This document shows, piece by piece, positions 24,703 to 32,000 of a DNA stretch of 32,000 nucleotides (positions within the stretch are counted from its first letter, which is position 1; every line of letters begins with the position of its first letter). The notes beneath the pieces are model-generated. The model saw nothing but the letters and a program-made list of their open reading frames with translations, searched no databases and had not been told where the DNA came from. The DNA is from Pyrolobus fumarii 1A (lineage in GTDB: Archaea; Thermoproteota; Thermoprotei_A; Sulfolobales; Pyrodictiaceae): positions 1,811,268 through 1,843,267 of the forward strand of contig NC_015931.1 of the NCBI RefSeq assembly GCF_000223395.1. The letters run 5' to 3'. Position numbers and translations under genes: made by a program.

Positions 24703-26532
24703 TCACGCTGCCTCTCGCGTTGCTGTCTTCTCCTCTATCTTGTGTAGTTGTCTCTTGTACATCTCGTATAGTTCTTTGGTTGTTGTCGCGTCTTCTGGGC
24801 TCTTGTCTGGCCTCCATCTGATGAACCTTGGGAATCTTATGGATATTCCTGCACCTGGTTTTACCCAGCCGTGGCAACAGGTGTGTATGGGTGATAGGGT
24901 CAGTTCTGCACCTATTATCTCGGCGACGAGAGCTGGCTGGACCCAGACATCCGGTTTCATCTTTGAGTCTACGCGAGGATGCTTATGTGGTATTATGTAG
25001 GGCTTGAGCATCTCATTGAGTCTCTCTAGGTCCTCGTCTGTGAAGCCGCTGCCGACTTTACAGACTGTCTTGAACGTGTCTGTGTCGGGGTCATAGGCGG
25101 CCATTAGTAATGCACCGAATTTTCCGCCTCTCCTACCCTTGCCGTAGAAGGCGCCAACTACCACCAGGTCCACAGTGTCTATCATTTCGCTCTTGTAGTC
25201 ACGCTTGTACTTTATCCATAGCCAGCCGCGGGCGCCAGCCTGATAGATGCTCCTGGAGTGCACCGCCTTGGCCATTACTCCCTCGGCGCCATCCTCTATG
25301 GCGCGTAGGAAGAACTGCTCTAACTCCTCCGGCTTATCGGTGTAGATGTGCTCTGCTAGCCTCCAGGTGTCGCTCTGGACTAGCACCTCCTCTAGGTGTT
25401 TCCTGCGCTCGGGGAGAGGCTTCACCGTGAGATCCTCGCCGTCGCGATACAGAATGTCGAAGAGGTAGACGGCCACCGGCACCTCCTTCATCGCTATGTG
25501 TATGTCGTGCTTCCTCTTCCTTCTCATTAGCTCCTGGAAGGGTCGGAGCTCCCCGGTATCCGGGTCTATCGCGACGATCTCCCCCTCCACGATAGCCTCG
25601 TTGGCCTTGATGCCCTTGAGCGCCATCTCGACGACATCCGGGTACATCTTCGTTATGTTCTCGAGGCGCCTCGAGAATATCCAGATCTTGTCTCCCTTCT
25701 TGTGTATCTGGGCACGCTCGCCGTCATACTTGTACTCGACTAGAGCCCTCCCACCTAGCTTCTTGAGTATCTCGACAGGGTTGTTCAGCCTCTCCGCCAA
25801 CATCGGGCGTATTGGGATGCCCACCTCTGGCTTGATGTTCTTCACCGCTTCTACGCCCTGCGTGGCCAGTATCTTGGCCACTAGGCCTAGGTCGGCGCGC
25901 AGGTTGTAAGCCCTCTCGACAACATGTTTCATCGCAGCTGAGCCGGCATAGACTATTGACAATGCCTCGATTATCGTCGCGTCGCCAACACCAAGCCTAA
26001 GCCTACCCTCAATGAACCTGACTATGTACTTCGCCTCACGGGGAGAGGCCTCCGCTATCAGACCGGCGACTAGCTTCAGCTTCAGCTCTCTGCTGCCCTC
26101 ACCCGTCGTCAACGCGACACGCGCGAGGGTATCATACACCTTCTCGACTGTGAGGGTTGACTCGCCGCTAGATGGTTGCTTCATAAAAGCGAGTAGACCT
26201 ACCGCCTTGGCTCCCTTCTCCTTCTCCCTCTTCAACCTCTCAACCGCTAAGCCTAGGTCGCCAAGCCTCTTCGCAAGCTCCTCCACGGTCCTCTCGGGGA
26301 CGTGGAGCGCGATGGAGACCGCCTTGATGAGCGTCTTCTCGCCCACGCCTAGCTCGGGTAGCCCCTTCCAGTCCGGCCATAGCTTACCCTGGAGGAAGTA
26401 CACCACTTTGTCGATGGTCTCGGGGGGCGTCTTCTTGAAGAGGTCTACGAGATAGAGGACCATCTGTGTCCTGCTGGTAGTCCTCTCTAGCTTCTCGAAG
26501 GTCTCTGCTAGTATGCTAAAGGGCATGGGCAT
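24703..26532 (-). CDS. lig: ATP-dependent DNA ligase
   Basis: Adenylation motif I EYKYDGERAQIH, motifs EGVMAK and LWIKYKRDY, and an OB-domain C-terminus. 609 aa. Confidence 0.95.
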   Translation of the reverse strand: MPMPFSILAETFEKLERTTSRTQMVLYLVDLFKKTPPETIDKVVYFLQGKLWPDWKGLPELGVGEKTLIKAVSIALHVPERTVEELAKRLGDLGLAVERLKREKEKGAKAVGLLAFMKQPSSGESTLTVEKVYDTLARVALTTGEGSRELKLKLVAGLIAEASPREAKYIVRFIEGRLRLGVGDATIIEALSIVYAGSAAMKHVVERAYNLRADLGLVAKILATQGVEAVKNIKPEVGIPIRPMLAERLNNPVEILKKLGGRALVEYKYDGERAQIHKKGDKIWIFSRRLENITKMYPDVVEMALKGIKANEAIVEGEIVAIDPDTGELRPFQELMRRKRKHDIHIAMKEVPVAVYLFDILYRDGEDLTVKPLPERRKHLEEVLVQSDTWRLAEHIYTDKPEELEQFFLRAIEDGAEGVMAKAVHSRSIYQAGARGWLWIKYKRDYKSEMIDTVDLVVVGAFYGKGRRGGKFGALLMAAYDPDTDTFKTVCKVGSGFTDEDLERLNEMLKPYIIPHKHPRVDSKMKPDVWVQPALVAEIIGAELTLSPIHTCCHGWVKPGAGISIRFPRFIRWRPDKSPEDATTTKELYEMYKRQLHKIEEKTATREAA

Positions 26533-26599
26533 AGCCTAGTGATACCCCCGTTTCGGGTAGAGCCCCTCGACCCTCTAAAACCCAAGGTACCAGGTCGTA

Positions 26600-27193
26600 C
26601 TACCAGTCGACCGCGCGGACCAGCCGATGCAGCACTCTCTTGCCGCGCTTAAACACCTCCAGGAGAACGCTGTACGCCCTCTCGAGCCCACCCCTATCAA
26701 GCACAAGCTCGCCATCCACAGCTAGGAGTATGTCTAGGCGCGTCTCGCCACGCAGCACCACATAGAAGCCGCAGCTCGACGAGCGATAACAGCTATACTT
26801 GAGGCCCGCGGAGACAGCCGCCCTTACGAGCATCTCCGCGTCACTACTCGATGACGCGTACAGCGCTACTATGGGCGGCTCAACGCTAACCCAAACTATC
26901 TTGTACTCGCTGGCCGCGCTGGAAGCCAGGCGCCACAAATCATCCACAGTAGGTGGCTCCACATGCCACGCCCTGAGGACTCCGCCCCCTCTCTTGTCCT
27001 CAATACCCGTCCTCGTCGCCTTGAGCGCTATGCGCCCACTGCAACTGCTCACCGTCACATAGCCCCTAGCCCAGAGTTTGGAGAGAAGCGGCTTCACATC
27101 CGGGTCTAGCCTGCCAGACTCCGAATCAATATACAACCTCCAGAGGTTACTCTTCCTCAGCTCCTGGAGGCACGCATCACCGTGAAGGGGCAA
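26600..27193 (-). CDS. taw3: tRNA wyosine-derivative methyltransferase Taw3/TYW3 family
   Basis: Signature VSSCSGR (S-x-S-S-C-x-G-R) with about 195 aa length. Family recalled from memory. Confidence 0.7.
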   Translation of the reverse strand: MPLHGDACLQELRKSNLWRLYIDSESGRLDPDVKPLLSKLWARGYVTVSSCSGRIALKATRTGIEDKRGGGVLRAWHVEPPTVDDLWRLASSAASEYKIVWVSVEPPIVALYASSSSDAEMLVRAAVSAGLKYSCYRSSSCGFYVVLRGETRLDILLAVDGELVLDRGGLERAYSVLLEVFKRGKRVLHRLVRAVDW

Positions 27194-27235
27194 AGCGGGC
27201 GCCTCGTGAAATGCTACGAGGGTAGACTGGGTTTC

Positions 27236-27541
27236 ATGGGTGCCTATTTCGACGTGCGCGTCGAGACCCGTGGAGTGGATACCTGCGGGGATCTACGGCG
27301 CCTCATCGAGCACGTAAGAAGCCCCGACGAGGCACTTAACATCGTAGAGCGTATCCTGGAGGAGCATGGAGGCTGCGTGCTTGTCTCCAAGGATCCTCTT
27401 ATCGTGCAAACAGGCGATTGTAGCGTGAGGCTCGTTGCACAGCCAGCCTCGATGCTGGCCTCGATGCTCTACAAGCGTCTCGTGAGAATGGTTGAGGAGA
27501 GGTGCAGGTCAGCCAAGGATGCGGCGCTCACCGGCGCATAG
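27236..27541 (+). CDS. Hypothetical protein
   Basis: Coding-like composition with no recognisable motif. I prefer the internal ATG 27236 (MGAYFDVRVE) to the listed GTG 27182, which overlaps the taw3 start. Confidence 0.3.
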   Translation: MGAYFDVRVETRGVDTCGDLRRLIEHVRSPDEALNIVERILEEHGGCVLVSKDPLIVQTGDCSVRLVAQPASMLASMLYKRLVRMVEERCRSAKDAALTGA

Positions 27542-27601
27542 GTAGAGAGCCTCGCCTCCGTGATCCGCTCATCACCGTGTGTTTTGCGTCCCTCTTCTCC
27601 T

Positions 27602-28309
27602 TTAAATCCTCCAGCCGAGTCTCTTCGCACACTCCATTATCTCTGCGCCAACCTTCTCGTAGTAGGCACCCGGAGCGAGTGTTAACCTAGCTGCCCTTGA
27701 GAACTTCTGGTTGAACTCGCTTCCAATTATCAACTCCGCCGCCCTCTTGGCGTCGGGTGCTGTGTCCATCCAAGCTAGCGCCTCAAGCGGCTGCCTCGGG
27801 CGCGTTGCTGGCTGCTCAGCCGGCTTGCCGATAGCCAGGCCGACTACCGGGAGGGTACGCGGCGGCAGCGATAATACCTCGGCCACCCTCCTACAAGAGG
27901 AGTATAACGCGATGTAGACTGTACCATAGCCAAGCTCCTCGGCGCGTATCGTAGCCCACGCCGAGGCTATACCAATGTCAACCAGGCTAATGACAAGATG
28001 CCCTAGCGTAACCTCGCCGGGCTCTAGGCCTGCCATACGCATAGCTTCGAGTAGCTTACCATAGTCGGCCACGAACGCTAGGAACACCGGGGCCTCCGCC
28101 ACATACCTCTGGCCGCCTACAGCCTCCGCAAGCCTAGCCCTCGTACCCTCATCGCGCACAACCACTACGCTGAAAGGCTGCAGGCCCCATGCTGAGGGTG
28201 CCCTCTGGGCCGCCCAGAGTATTTCACGCAGATCATCCTCTGGTATGGGATCCGGCTTGAAGCGCCTAATCGACACGTGCCTCGCGATCACATCACGACA
28301 GGAGGCCAT
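27602..28309 (-). CDS. Nitroreductase family (NADH oxidase/flavin reductase-like) protein
   Basis: RHVSIRRFKPDPIPEDDLREILWAAQRAPSAWGLQPFSVVVV. I take ATG 28309 because an A-rich TATA-like box (minus strand, ~28362-28372) sits too close to the listed start 28354. Confidence 0.8.
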   Translation of the reverse strand: MASCRDVIARHVSIRRFKPDPIPEDDLREILWAAQRAPSAWGLQPFSVVVVRDEGTRARLAEAVGGQRYVAEAPVFLAFVADYGKLLEAMRMAGLEPGEVTLGHLVISLVDIGIASAWATIRAEELGYGTVYIALYSSCRRVAEVLSLPPRTLPVVGLAIGKPAEQPATRPRQPLEALAWMDTAPDAKRAAELIIGSEFNQKFSRAARLTLAPGAYYEKVGAEIMECAKRLGWRI

Positions 28310-28472
28310 GCCAACCGGCCACCATTCTTGGATAGAGACGCCCCTCCTACACAAGACTGTCCCTTTTTGCCACTATGTTGCGATGCGCGTTTACTAGCGC
28401 GCCTGGGTGCGCTGGCGCGACCAGCGAGCCAGCCGATGGTTAGAATGAAGCGGGAGAGGCAAGCGGCCTTTT

Positions 28473-28477
28473 AAAAA
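28473..28477 (-). terminator. T5 tract after hypothetical basic protein gene
   Basis: The minus strand reads GCTTTTTAAAAGG ~25 nt after the stop at 28503. Confidence 0.4.
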
Positions 28478-28502
28478 GCATGTTTGAAGGGGCGATCTAG
28501 CC

Positions 28503-29006
28503 TTACTTCTGTGCAGCCTGCTTATACATCTTGACCATCTTCTCGACTAGCCTCTTGAGGCCCGCGCTGAACGCGTCGGCTATCTTGGGGGCTATCACGG
28601 TGTTTATCCTCTTGGGCTTAAGCGGCGTGTACTTGCTGGCCTCGATTGCCGCGTCTATCACTCTACCGAGGGCTTGCGGCAGGCCTGGGTACTTGCCCTC
28701 GACTATCTCGCGTAGGGTTGGTATCCACTTGTCCGGGTTCCTGCTACGCCTCACGAGCAGCAGGTAGGCGGCAACGGTGGTACCGTGCTCCGGGGCTATC
28801 TCGTAGCTCTCCTCGACCTCAGTCTTAGAGGCTGGCTTCGCGACACCCAGCTTCTCAAGCTCCTCGGTTAGCACGCGGAATATCTTCTCGGCGCTGCGGC
28901 CACCCATGTGTAGTAGTGCCTCACCGTTCCTACGGTAGACTACCTCGGCGCCACGTGCACGCTTGCGCAGGATTATCTGGTATGTGACCTTCTTCTCCTC
29001 CGCCAT
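28503..29006 (-). CDS. Hypothetical basic protein (167 aa), no family recognised
   Basis: ATG start. Codon usage looks like that of highly expressed genes (AAG/GAG/CTC). There is a TATATAAA box upstream and a T5 tract just after the stop. Confidence 0.5.
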   Translation of the reverse strand: MAEEKKVTYQIILRKRARGAEVVYRRNGEALLHMGGRSAEKIFRVLTEELEKLGVAKPASKTEVEESYEIAPEHGTTVAAYLLLVRRSRNPDKWIPTLREIVEGKYPGLPQALGRVIDAAIEASKYTPLKPKRINTVIAPKIADAFSAGLKRLVEKMVKMYKQAAQK

Positions 29007-29054
29007 TTTCTACACCCTGCCCCACTCCACTAACGTTGCACGAGGAGACCATTG

Positions 29055-29062
29055 TATATAAA
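29055..29062. promoter_or_regulatory. TATA box TATATAAA shared by divergent genes 28503-29006 (-) and moaB (+)
   Basis: It lies ~30 nt upstream of moaB ATG 29092 (near-leaderless) and ~50 nt upstream of ATG 29006 on the other strand. Confidence 0.45.
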
Positions 29063-29091
29063 GAGAACCCTGGCCCAACACGAGGCTAGTT

Positions 29092-29652
29092 ATGAGGGAG
29101 GAGGGGCGCCAGGTATTACACCGGGTGAGTGGTAAGCCGTACTGGTGCTCTAGCGTGGGCCACGAGGGTAGTGTGAAAGAGGTTGGTTTCGGCCTAGTGG
29201 TGACCGGCGACCGCGTCTATCGAGGCGAGATAGAGGATAGGGTTACACCTCTCGTTAAGAGCGTGCTAGAGGAGCGTGGCCACAAGCTGCTCGCAAGGCT
29301 CATAGCGCCAAACAACATCTACCTCATCATGCATGCCGTGCTGACGCTCGTTGTACGCGACGACATAGACGCTGTAATCGTTAGTGGTGGTACGGGTCCG
29401 AGGCCACGCGACATCTCTGTAGACGCTGTGGAGAGGATAGCAGATAGAAGGCTGCCAGGGTTCGGGGAGGAGTTCAGACGAAGGAGCCTAGAGAGTACCG
29501 GCATGCGTGCGATACTATCCCGCGCCGAGGCATTCATAGTCAATAGGCGTCCCGTGTTCGTGATACCAGGGTCTCCAGACGCGACGCGAACAGCACTCGG
29601 GATAATACTAGACATTATTGGGCATCTCGTCTACGAGGCTAGGAGGGAGTAG
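29092..29652 (+). CDS. moaB: Molybdenum cofactor biosynthesis protein B (MoaB/MogA family)
   Basis: GLVVTGDRVYRGE..DAVIVSGGTGPRPRDIS..PGFGEEFRR..AILSRA..VFVIPGSPDA. Confidence 0.8.
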   Translation: MREEGRQVLHRVSGKPYWCSSVGHEGSVKEVGFGLVVTGDRVYRGEIEDRVTPLVKSVLEERGHKLLARLIAPNNIYLIMHAVLTLVVRDDIDAVIVSGGTGPRPRDISVDAVERIADRRLPGFGEEFRRRSLESTGMRAILSRAEAFIVNRRPVFVIPGSPDATRTALGIILDIIGHLVYEARRE

Positions 29653-29656
29653 AAGG

Positions 29657-29968
29657 TTGAGCAGAGAGTATAGGGGTAAGCGCGTAGTAGTCTGGCCCTC
29701 TTATATTGATGCCTCCAAGTCGCGGGGCCAGGGGCGCAAGATACCGCGTAAGGATGCAGTCCCGAGGCCCCGCGTAGAGGAGATCGTGGAGGCCGCCGAG
29801 AGGCTCGGGTTGAACCCTGAGGTGGAGGAGGCCAGGTACCCTAGAGCATGGTGGGAGGATAGACAGAGGGTGGTCGTGGATAAGCTCGGCTCAAAGCTGG
29901 AGACGTTGAAGGCTATTGCCAGGGAGATCAGGAGGATACGTGAGGAGAGAAGGATGGTTAGGAGATAG
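29657..29968 (+). CDS. srp19: Signal recognition particle protein SRP19
   Basis: VVVWPSYIDASKSRGQGRKIPRKDAVPRPRVEEIVEAAERLGL. The start is uncertain: TTG 29657 lies just after the moaB stop, and the listed TTG 29618 overlaps moaB. Confidence 0.8.
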   Translation: MSREYRGKRVVVWPSYIDASKSRGQGRKIPRKDAVPRPRVEEIVEAAERLGLNPEVEEARYPRAWWEDRQRVVVDKLGSKLETLKAIAREIRRIREERRMVRR

Positions 29969-29971
29969 GTG

Positions 29972-30112
29972 TGGTGGGCCCGCGGGGATTTGAACCCCGG
30001 ATCACGGGGAGTCCCGCCCCGCCGCACGCGCGGGGTCGGGGTCCCGAGTCGGGCAGGGGCCCGACCGGGCTCCCTGAACCCCGCATCCTAGTCCAGGCTA
30101 GACGACGGGCCC
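29972..30112 (-). tRNA. tRNA-Pro (anticodon CGG) with two introns (30048-30077 at 32/33 and 30011-30042 at 37/38), CCA encoded
   Basis: Acceptor GGGCCCG/CGGGCCC, D arm GTCT-AGCCTGGACTA-GGAT, T arm CGGGG-TTCAAAT-CCCCG, discriminator A plus CCA. Two bulge-helix-bulge motifs leave the anticodon arm CGGGG-TTCGGGT-CCCCG (details in findings). Confidence 0.8.
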
Positions 30113-30158
30113 ACCACACCCTTTCCATGCTGTAGGTGTGACCTTGGCGCGCCCCCTT

Positions 30159-30163
30159 AAAAA
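30159..30163 (-). terminator. T5 tract after stand-alone RAM gene (may double as TATA-like element for tRNA-Pro)
   Basis: The minus strand reads GTTTTTAAGG 9 nt after the stop at 30172 and ~45-50 nt upstream of the tRNA-Pro 5' end. Confidence 0.35.
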
Positions 30164-30171
30164 CTACATGG

Positions 30172-30414
30172 TCACGCAGATGATATCAGGGTTACCGTTC
30201 TGGTTACGCCTGGCAGGCGGCGTATGTGGGTGACAAACATGTCTATCTGTGAGAGGTTCTCGGCGCGCACCTTAACAACTATATCATACTCGCCATACAC
30301 GACGTAAACCTCGGCGTCAACCCCCGCCTTCTTAGCAGCCTCCTTTATCTGCTCAGCTATTTCGTACTCTTTACCCACCTGTACAAGCAGGAGCACGAAG
30401 GCTGCAACCGGCAA
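30172..30414 (-). CDS. Stand-alone RAM (Lrp/AsnC ligand-binding) domain protein
   Basis: AAFVLLLVQVGKEYEIAEQIK..VYVVYGEYDIVVKVRAENLSQIDMFVTHIRRLPGVTRTVTLI. The start is TTG 30414 or GTG 30396. The upstream part of the listed ORF is R/P/C-rich junk. Confidence 0.7.
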   Translation of the reverse strand: MPVAAFVLLLVQVGKEYEIAEQIKEAAKKAGVDAEVYVVYGEYDIVVKVRAENLSQIDMFVTHIRRLPGVTRTVTLISSA

Positions 30415-30485
30415 GGGCCGGCACCAACCTTCATGTAATAGTCGCGTGGGTTTTGAATGCATGCCCGGGGGTGTTCTTGAGACGC

Positions 30486-31286
30486 GTGAAGATAGTGTAC
30501 AGTCTCGTTGACCCCGTTGGCAAGGGGGTAGCCGACATACTCTCGAGAGAGTATAGCGTCGATGCATGCCCTTCGCGGGATTGCACTGTCGTCGGGCTGG
30601 AGGCCGATACCCCATACCTGGATAATCTTGACGACATCTTACCAGGGTACGACGGCTACGTGATTATCTCTAGGCACGCCTCCACGAGCGGCAAGCCTAC
30701 ACTGAGTGTGCACCACACCGGTAACCCTACCCGTGAGGCTATCCTTGGAGGCAAGCCGGAGACCCTCGAGTGGGCTTGGCCGAGTCTAGCCGCTGCCCTG
30801 CTACGCACCTATCGCGCGGTGGCAGCTAGACTAGGGTTGCTAGAGAAGTACGAGGTTACCCTTGAGGCGACACACCATGGGCCCACAAGGGTGCCTAAAC
30901 CAGTCGTCTTCATCGAGGTGGGTAGCACTGAAGCCGCGTGGAGGGACGAGAGGGCTCTCCGCGCCCTCGCCGAGACCCTTTACGAGACTATAATCTCTCA
31001 GGAGGGGTTCCGGGGCTGCGAGTGCAGCACCATAGCATCGGGTTTCGGTGACACGCACTACCCGAGGCTACACACTAGACTCCTCCTGGAGGAGGGCTAT
31101 TGCTATGCTCACATACTGTCCAAGCACGTGTTGCGGAGTGTCACAGAGAATGTGGTACGCCAATCGATGACCAAGAGTGTCGAGAGGGTTGAGAAAGCCG
31201 TGGCTGCTAAGGTACCGGGCGCGGCAAGGAGGCTCGTCGAGAGGATAGCCAACGAGTTGGGTATCGAGGTTGAGAAGAGGGGTTGA
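30486..31286 (+). CDS. dtdA: D-aminoacyl-tRNA deacylase, archaeal DTD2 type
   Basis: VKIVYSLVDPVGKG N-terminus (GTG 30486), ISRHASTSGKPTLSVHHTGN, EATHHGPT and FIEVGSTE motifs. Confidence 0.8.
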   Translation: MKIVYSLVDPVGKGVADILSREYSVDACPSRDCTVVGLEADTPYLDNLDDILPGYDGYVIISRHASTSGKPTLSVHHTGNPTREAILGGKPETLEWAWPSLAAALLRTYRAVAARLGLLEKYEVTLEATHHGPTRVPKPVVFIEVGSTEAAWRDERALRALAETLYETIISQEGFRGCECSTIASGFGDTHYPRLHTRLLLEEGYCYAHILSKHVLRSVTENVVRQSMTKSVERVEKAVAAKVPGAARRLVERIANELGIEVEKRG

Positions 31287-31293
31287 GAAGGCT

Positions 31294-31929
31294 CTACCTC
31301 CTCTTTACGGCTAGCTTTCTCTTCAGCATCTTTAGGCGGATTACCTCTTCCCTCATGCGCTCGTCTAGAACCAGCTTTATGTACTTGATCGTCTTCTCGT
31401 ACCTTGGTATGATCTGGTTGTCGATAGCGTTTATCAGCCTCTGCGTCTCGCGTAGCTCATTAATCAGCTTCCTCAGGGCTATCTCTGTCTCGGCGAGCTT
31501 GAGCATCGACTCCAGACCCTCTATCAACAGCTTCCTCGCGAACACTAGCCTCGGGACAGTGCGCAGAGGGCTAGGCAGCACCTTCGGGATGGTCTCGTGT
31601 TTCAGATTGAGAGCTGGGACGCGAACAGCGAACAGCACCCTCTCTTGAATGTCAACGCGCAACTCGGGGGATACTGTGCGCGCGAACGCGTGTATCGGGT
31701 CGAAGCCCGCCTCGGCAGACGCCATCATAAACTCCTCGTAAGCCCGCATCAAAGCCTCCGATACCTTCTTGTAGCTCTCCTCATACTCGTCTATACTTTG
31801 ACGAATGTATAGTAGGAGGACGTCACGCTTCTCTTCAAGCACACGCCGGATACGACGTATAGCGCGATACTCGCGGCGCAGGCGTATCAGGTTAATCTTC
31901 GTTGGGAGGACCTTCCTCTCAAGCGCCAA
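31294..31929 (-). CDS. atpD: V/A-type ATP synthase subunit D
   Basis: VLPTKINLIRLRREYRAIRRIRRVLEEKRDVLL N-terminal helix and a long coiled-coil central stalk pattern. 211 aa. Confidence 0.85.
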   Translation of the reverse strand: MALERKVLPTKINLIRLRREYRAIRRIRRVLEEKRDVLLLYIRQSIDEYEESYKKVSEALMRAYEEFMMASAEAGFDPIHAFARTVSPELRVDIQERVLFAVRVPALNLKHETIPKVLPSPLRTVPRLVFARKLLIEGLESMLKLAETEIALRKLINELRETQRLINAIDNQIIPRYEKTIKYIKLVLDERMREEVIRLKMLKRKLAVKRR

Positions 31930-32000
31930 GCACTACCCCAGCAGCTAGGCGCTAGTCGAATCCAGTATAAAACGGGTCCACCCCTCAACTCACGACTAGA

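Noticed and set aside
24483-24877. ORFs 24483-24821 (+) and 24656-24877 (-)
   Set aside because: The first reads straight through the tRNA-Val gene and into the antisense of lig. The second lies out of frame on the same strand as the 3' part of lig and runs into tRNA-Val. Neither has coding-like composition.
25110-26455. Plus-strand ORFs 25110-25430, 25496-25909 and 26012-26455
   Set aside because: They are antisense to the unambiguous DNA ligase gene and are R/S/P/C-rich.
27509-27575. Perfect GTGATGA C box (minus strand, 27569-27575) with CTGA 56 nt downstream in the convergent spacer
   Set aside because: There is no recognisable D' at 12 nt, and C' is only GTGAGCG. The D'-C' gap would be about 21 nt, there is no terminal stem, and the D-proximal guide would lie inside the neighbouring CDS. 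It is not convincing without expression data.
29972-30112. Reading the intron-containing tRNA as tRNA-Leu(CAG) with a single 62-nt canonical intron
   Set aside because: The body is class I (5-nt variable loop, short D loop), which is incompatible with Leu. No 4-bp central helix can pair positions 32-35 with the nucleotides preceding the 3' splice site. The two-intron solution gives two proper BHB motifs.

Overview
This window looks like a gene-dense core-chromosome segment of a GC-rich hyperthermophilic crenarchaeon, probably of the Desulfurococcales or Acidilobales type. That placement is an inference from several markers: ribosomal protein L13e, an aKMT-like lysine methyltransferase, a RAM-fused homocitrate synthase, a multi-intron tRNA, AGG/ATA-rich codon usage, and frequent GTG/TTG starts with TATA boxes close to the start codons.

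I can support about 43 protein genes and 2 tRNA genes. Most are informational or housekeeping genes:
- DNA and RNA metabolism: Topo III-like topoisomerase IA, RpoK, ATP-dependent DNA ligase.
- Protein folding, targeting and processing: thermosome, SRP19, signal peptidase I, an S2P protease.
- Translation and ribosome: S17e, P1, L13e, the S13-S4-S11 cluster, aIF1A, RIO kinase, NMD3.
- tRNA-related: Taw3, DTD2, a Trbp111-like tRNA-binding protein.
- Metabolism and membrane: UppS, MoaB, V-ATPase subunit D, and an isolated nuoD-nuoH pair.

I saw no CRISPR array, IS element or integrase, rRNA gene or obvious defence island, so I cannot point to a clear novel multi-gene system. The observations most worth a second look are:
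1. A tRNA-Pro(CGG) with two introns whose BHB motifs are interdependent.
2. A RIO kinase whose conserved N-terminal coding sequence has no canonical start codon and runs across the aIF1A stop.
3. A roughly 100-nt GC-rich hairpin-packed leader in front of a pilin-like gene.
4. An orphan nuoD-nuoH pair tightly followed by a coiled-coil gene and a DUF373 membrane gene.
5. An uncharacterised two-gene cassette at 17.9-19.1 kb.
6. Unusually long G-depleted spacers on both sides of the homocitrate synthase gene.

All calls come from reading the sequence and the ORF translations and from remembered family motifs. No searches were run.
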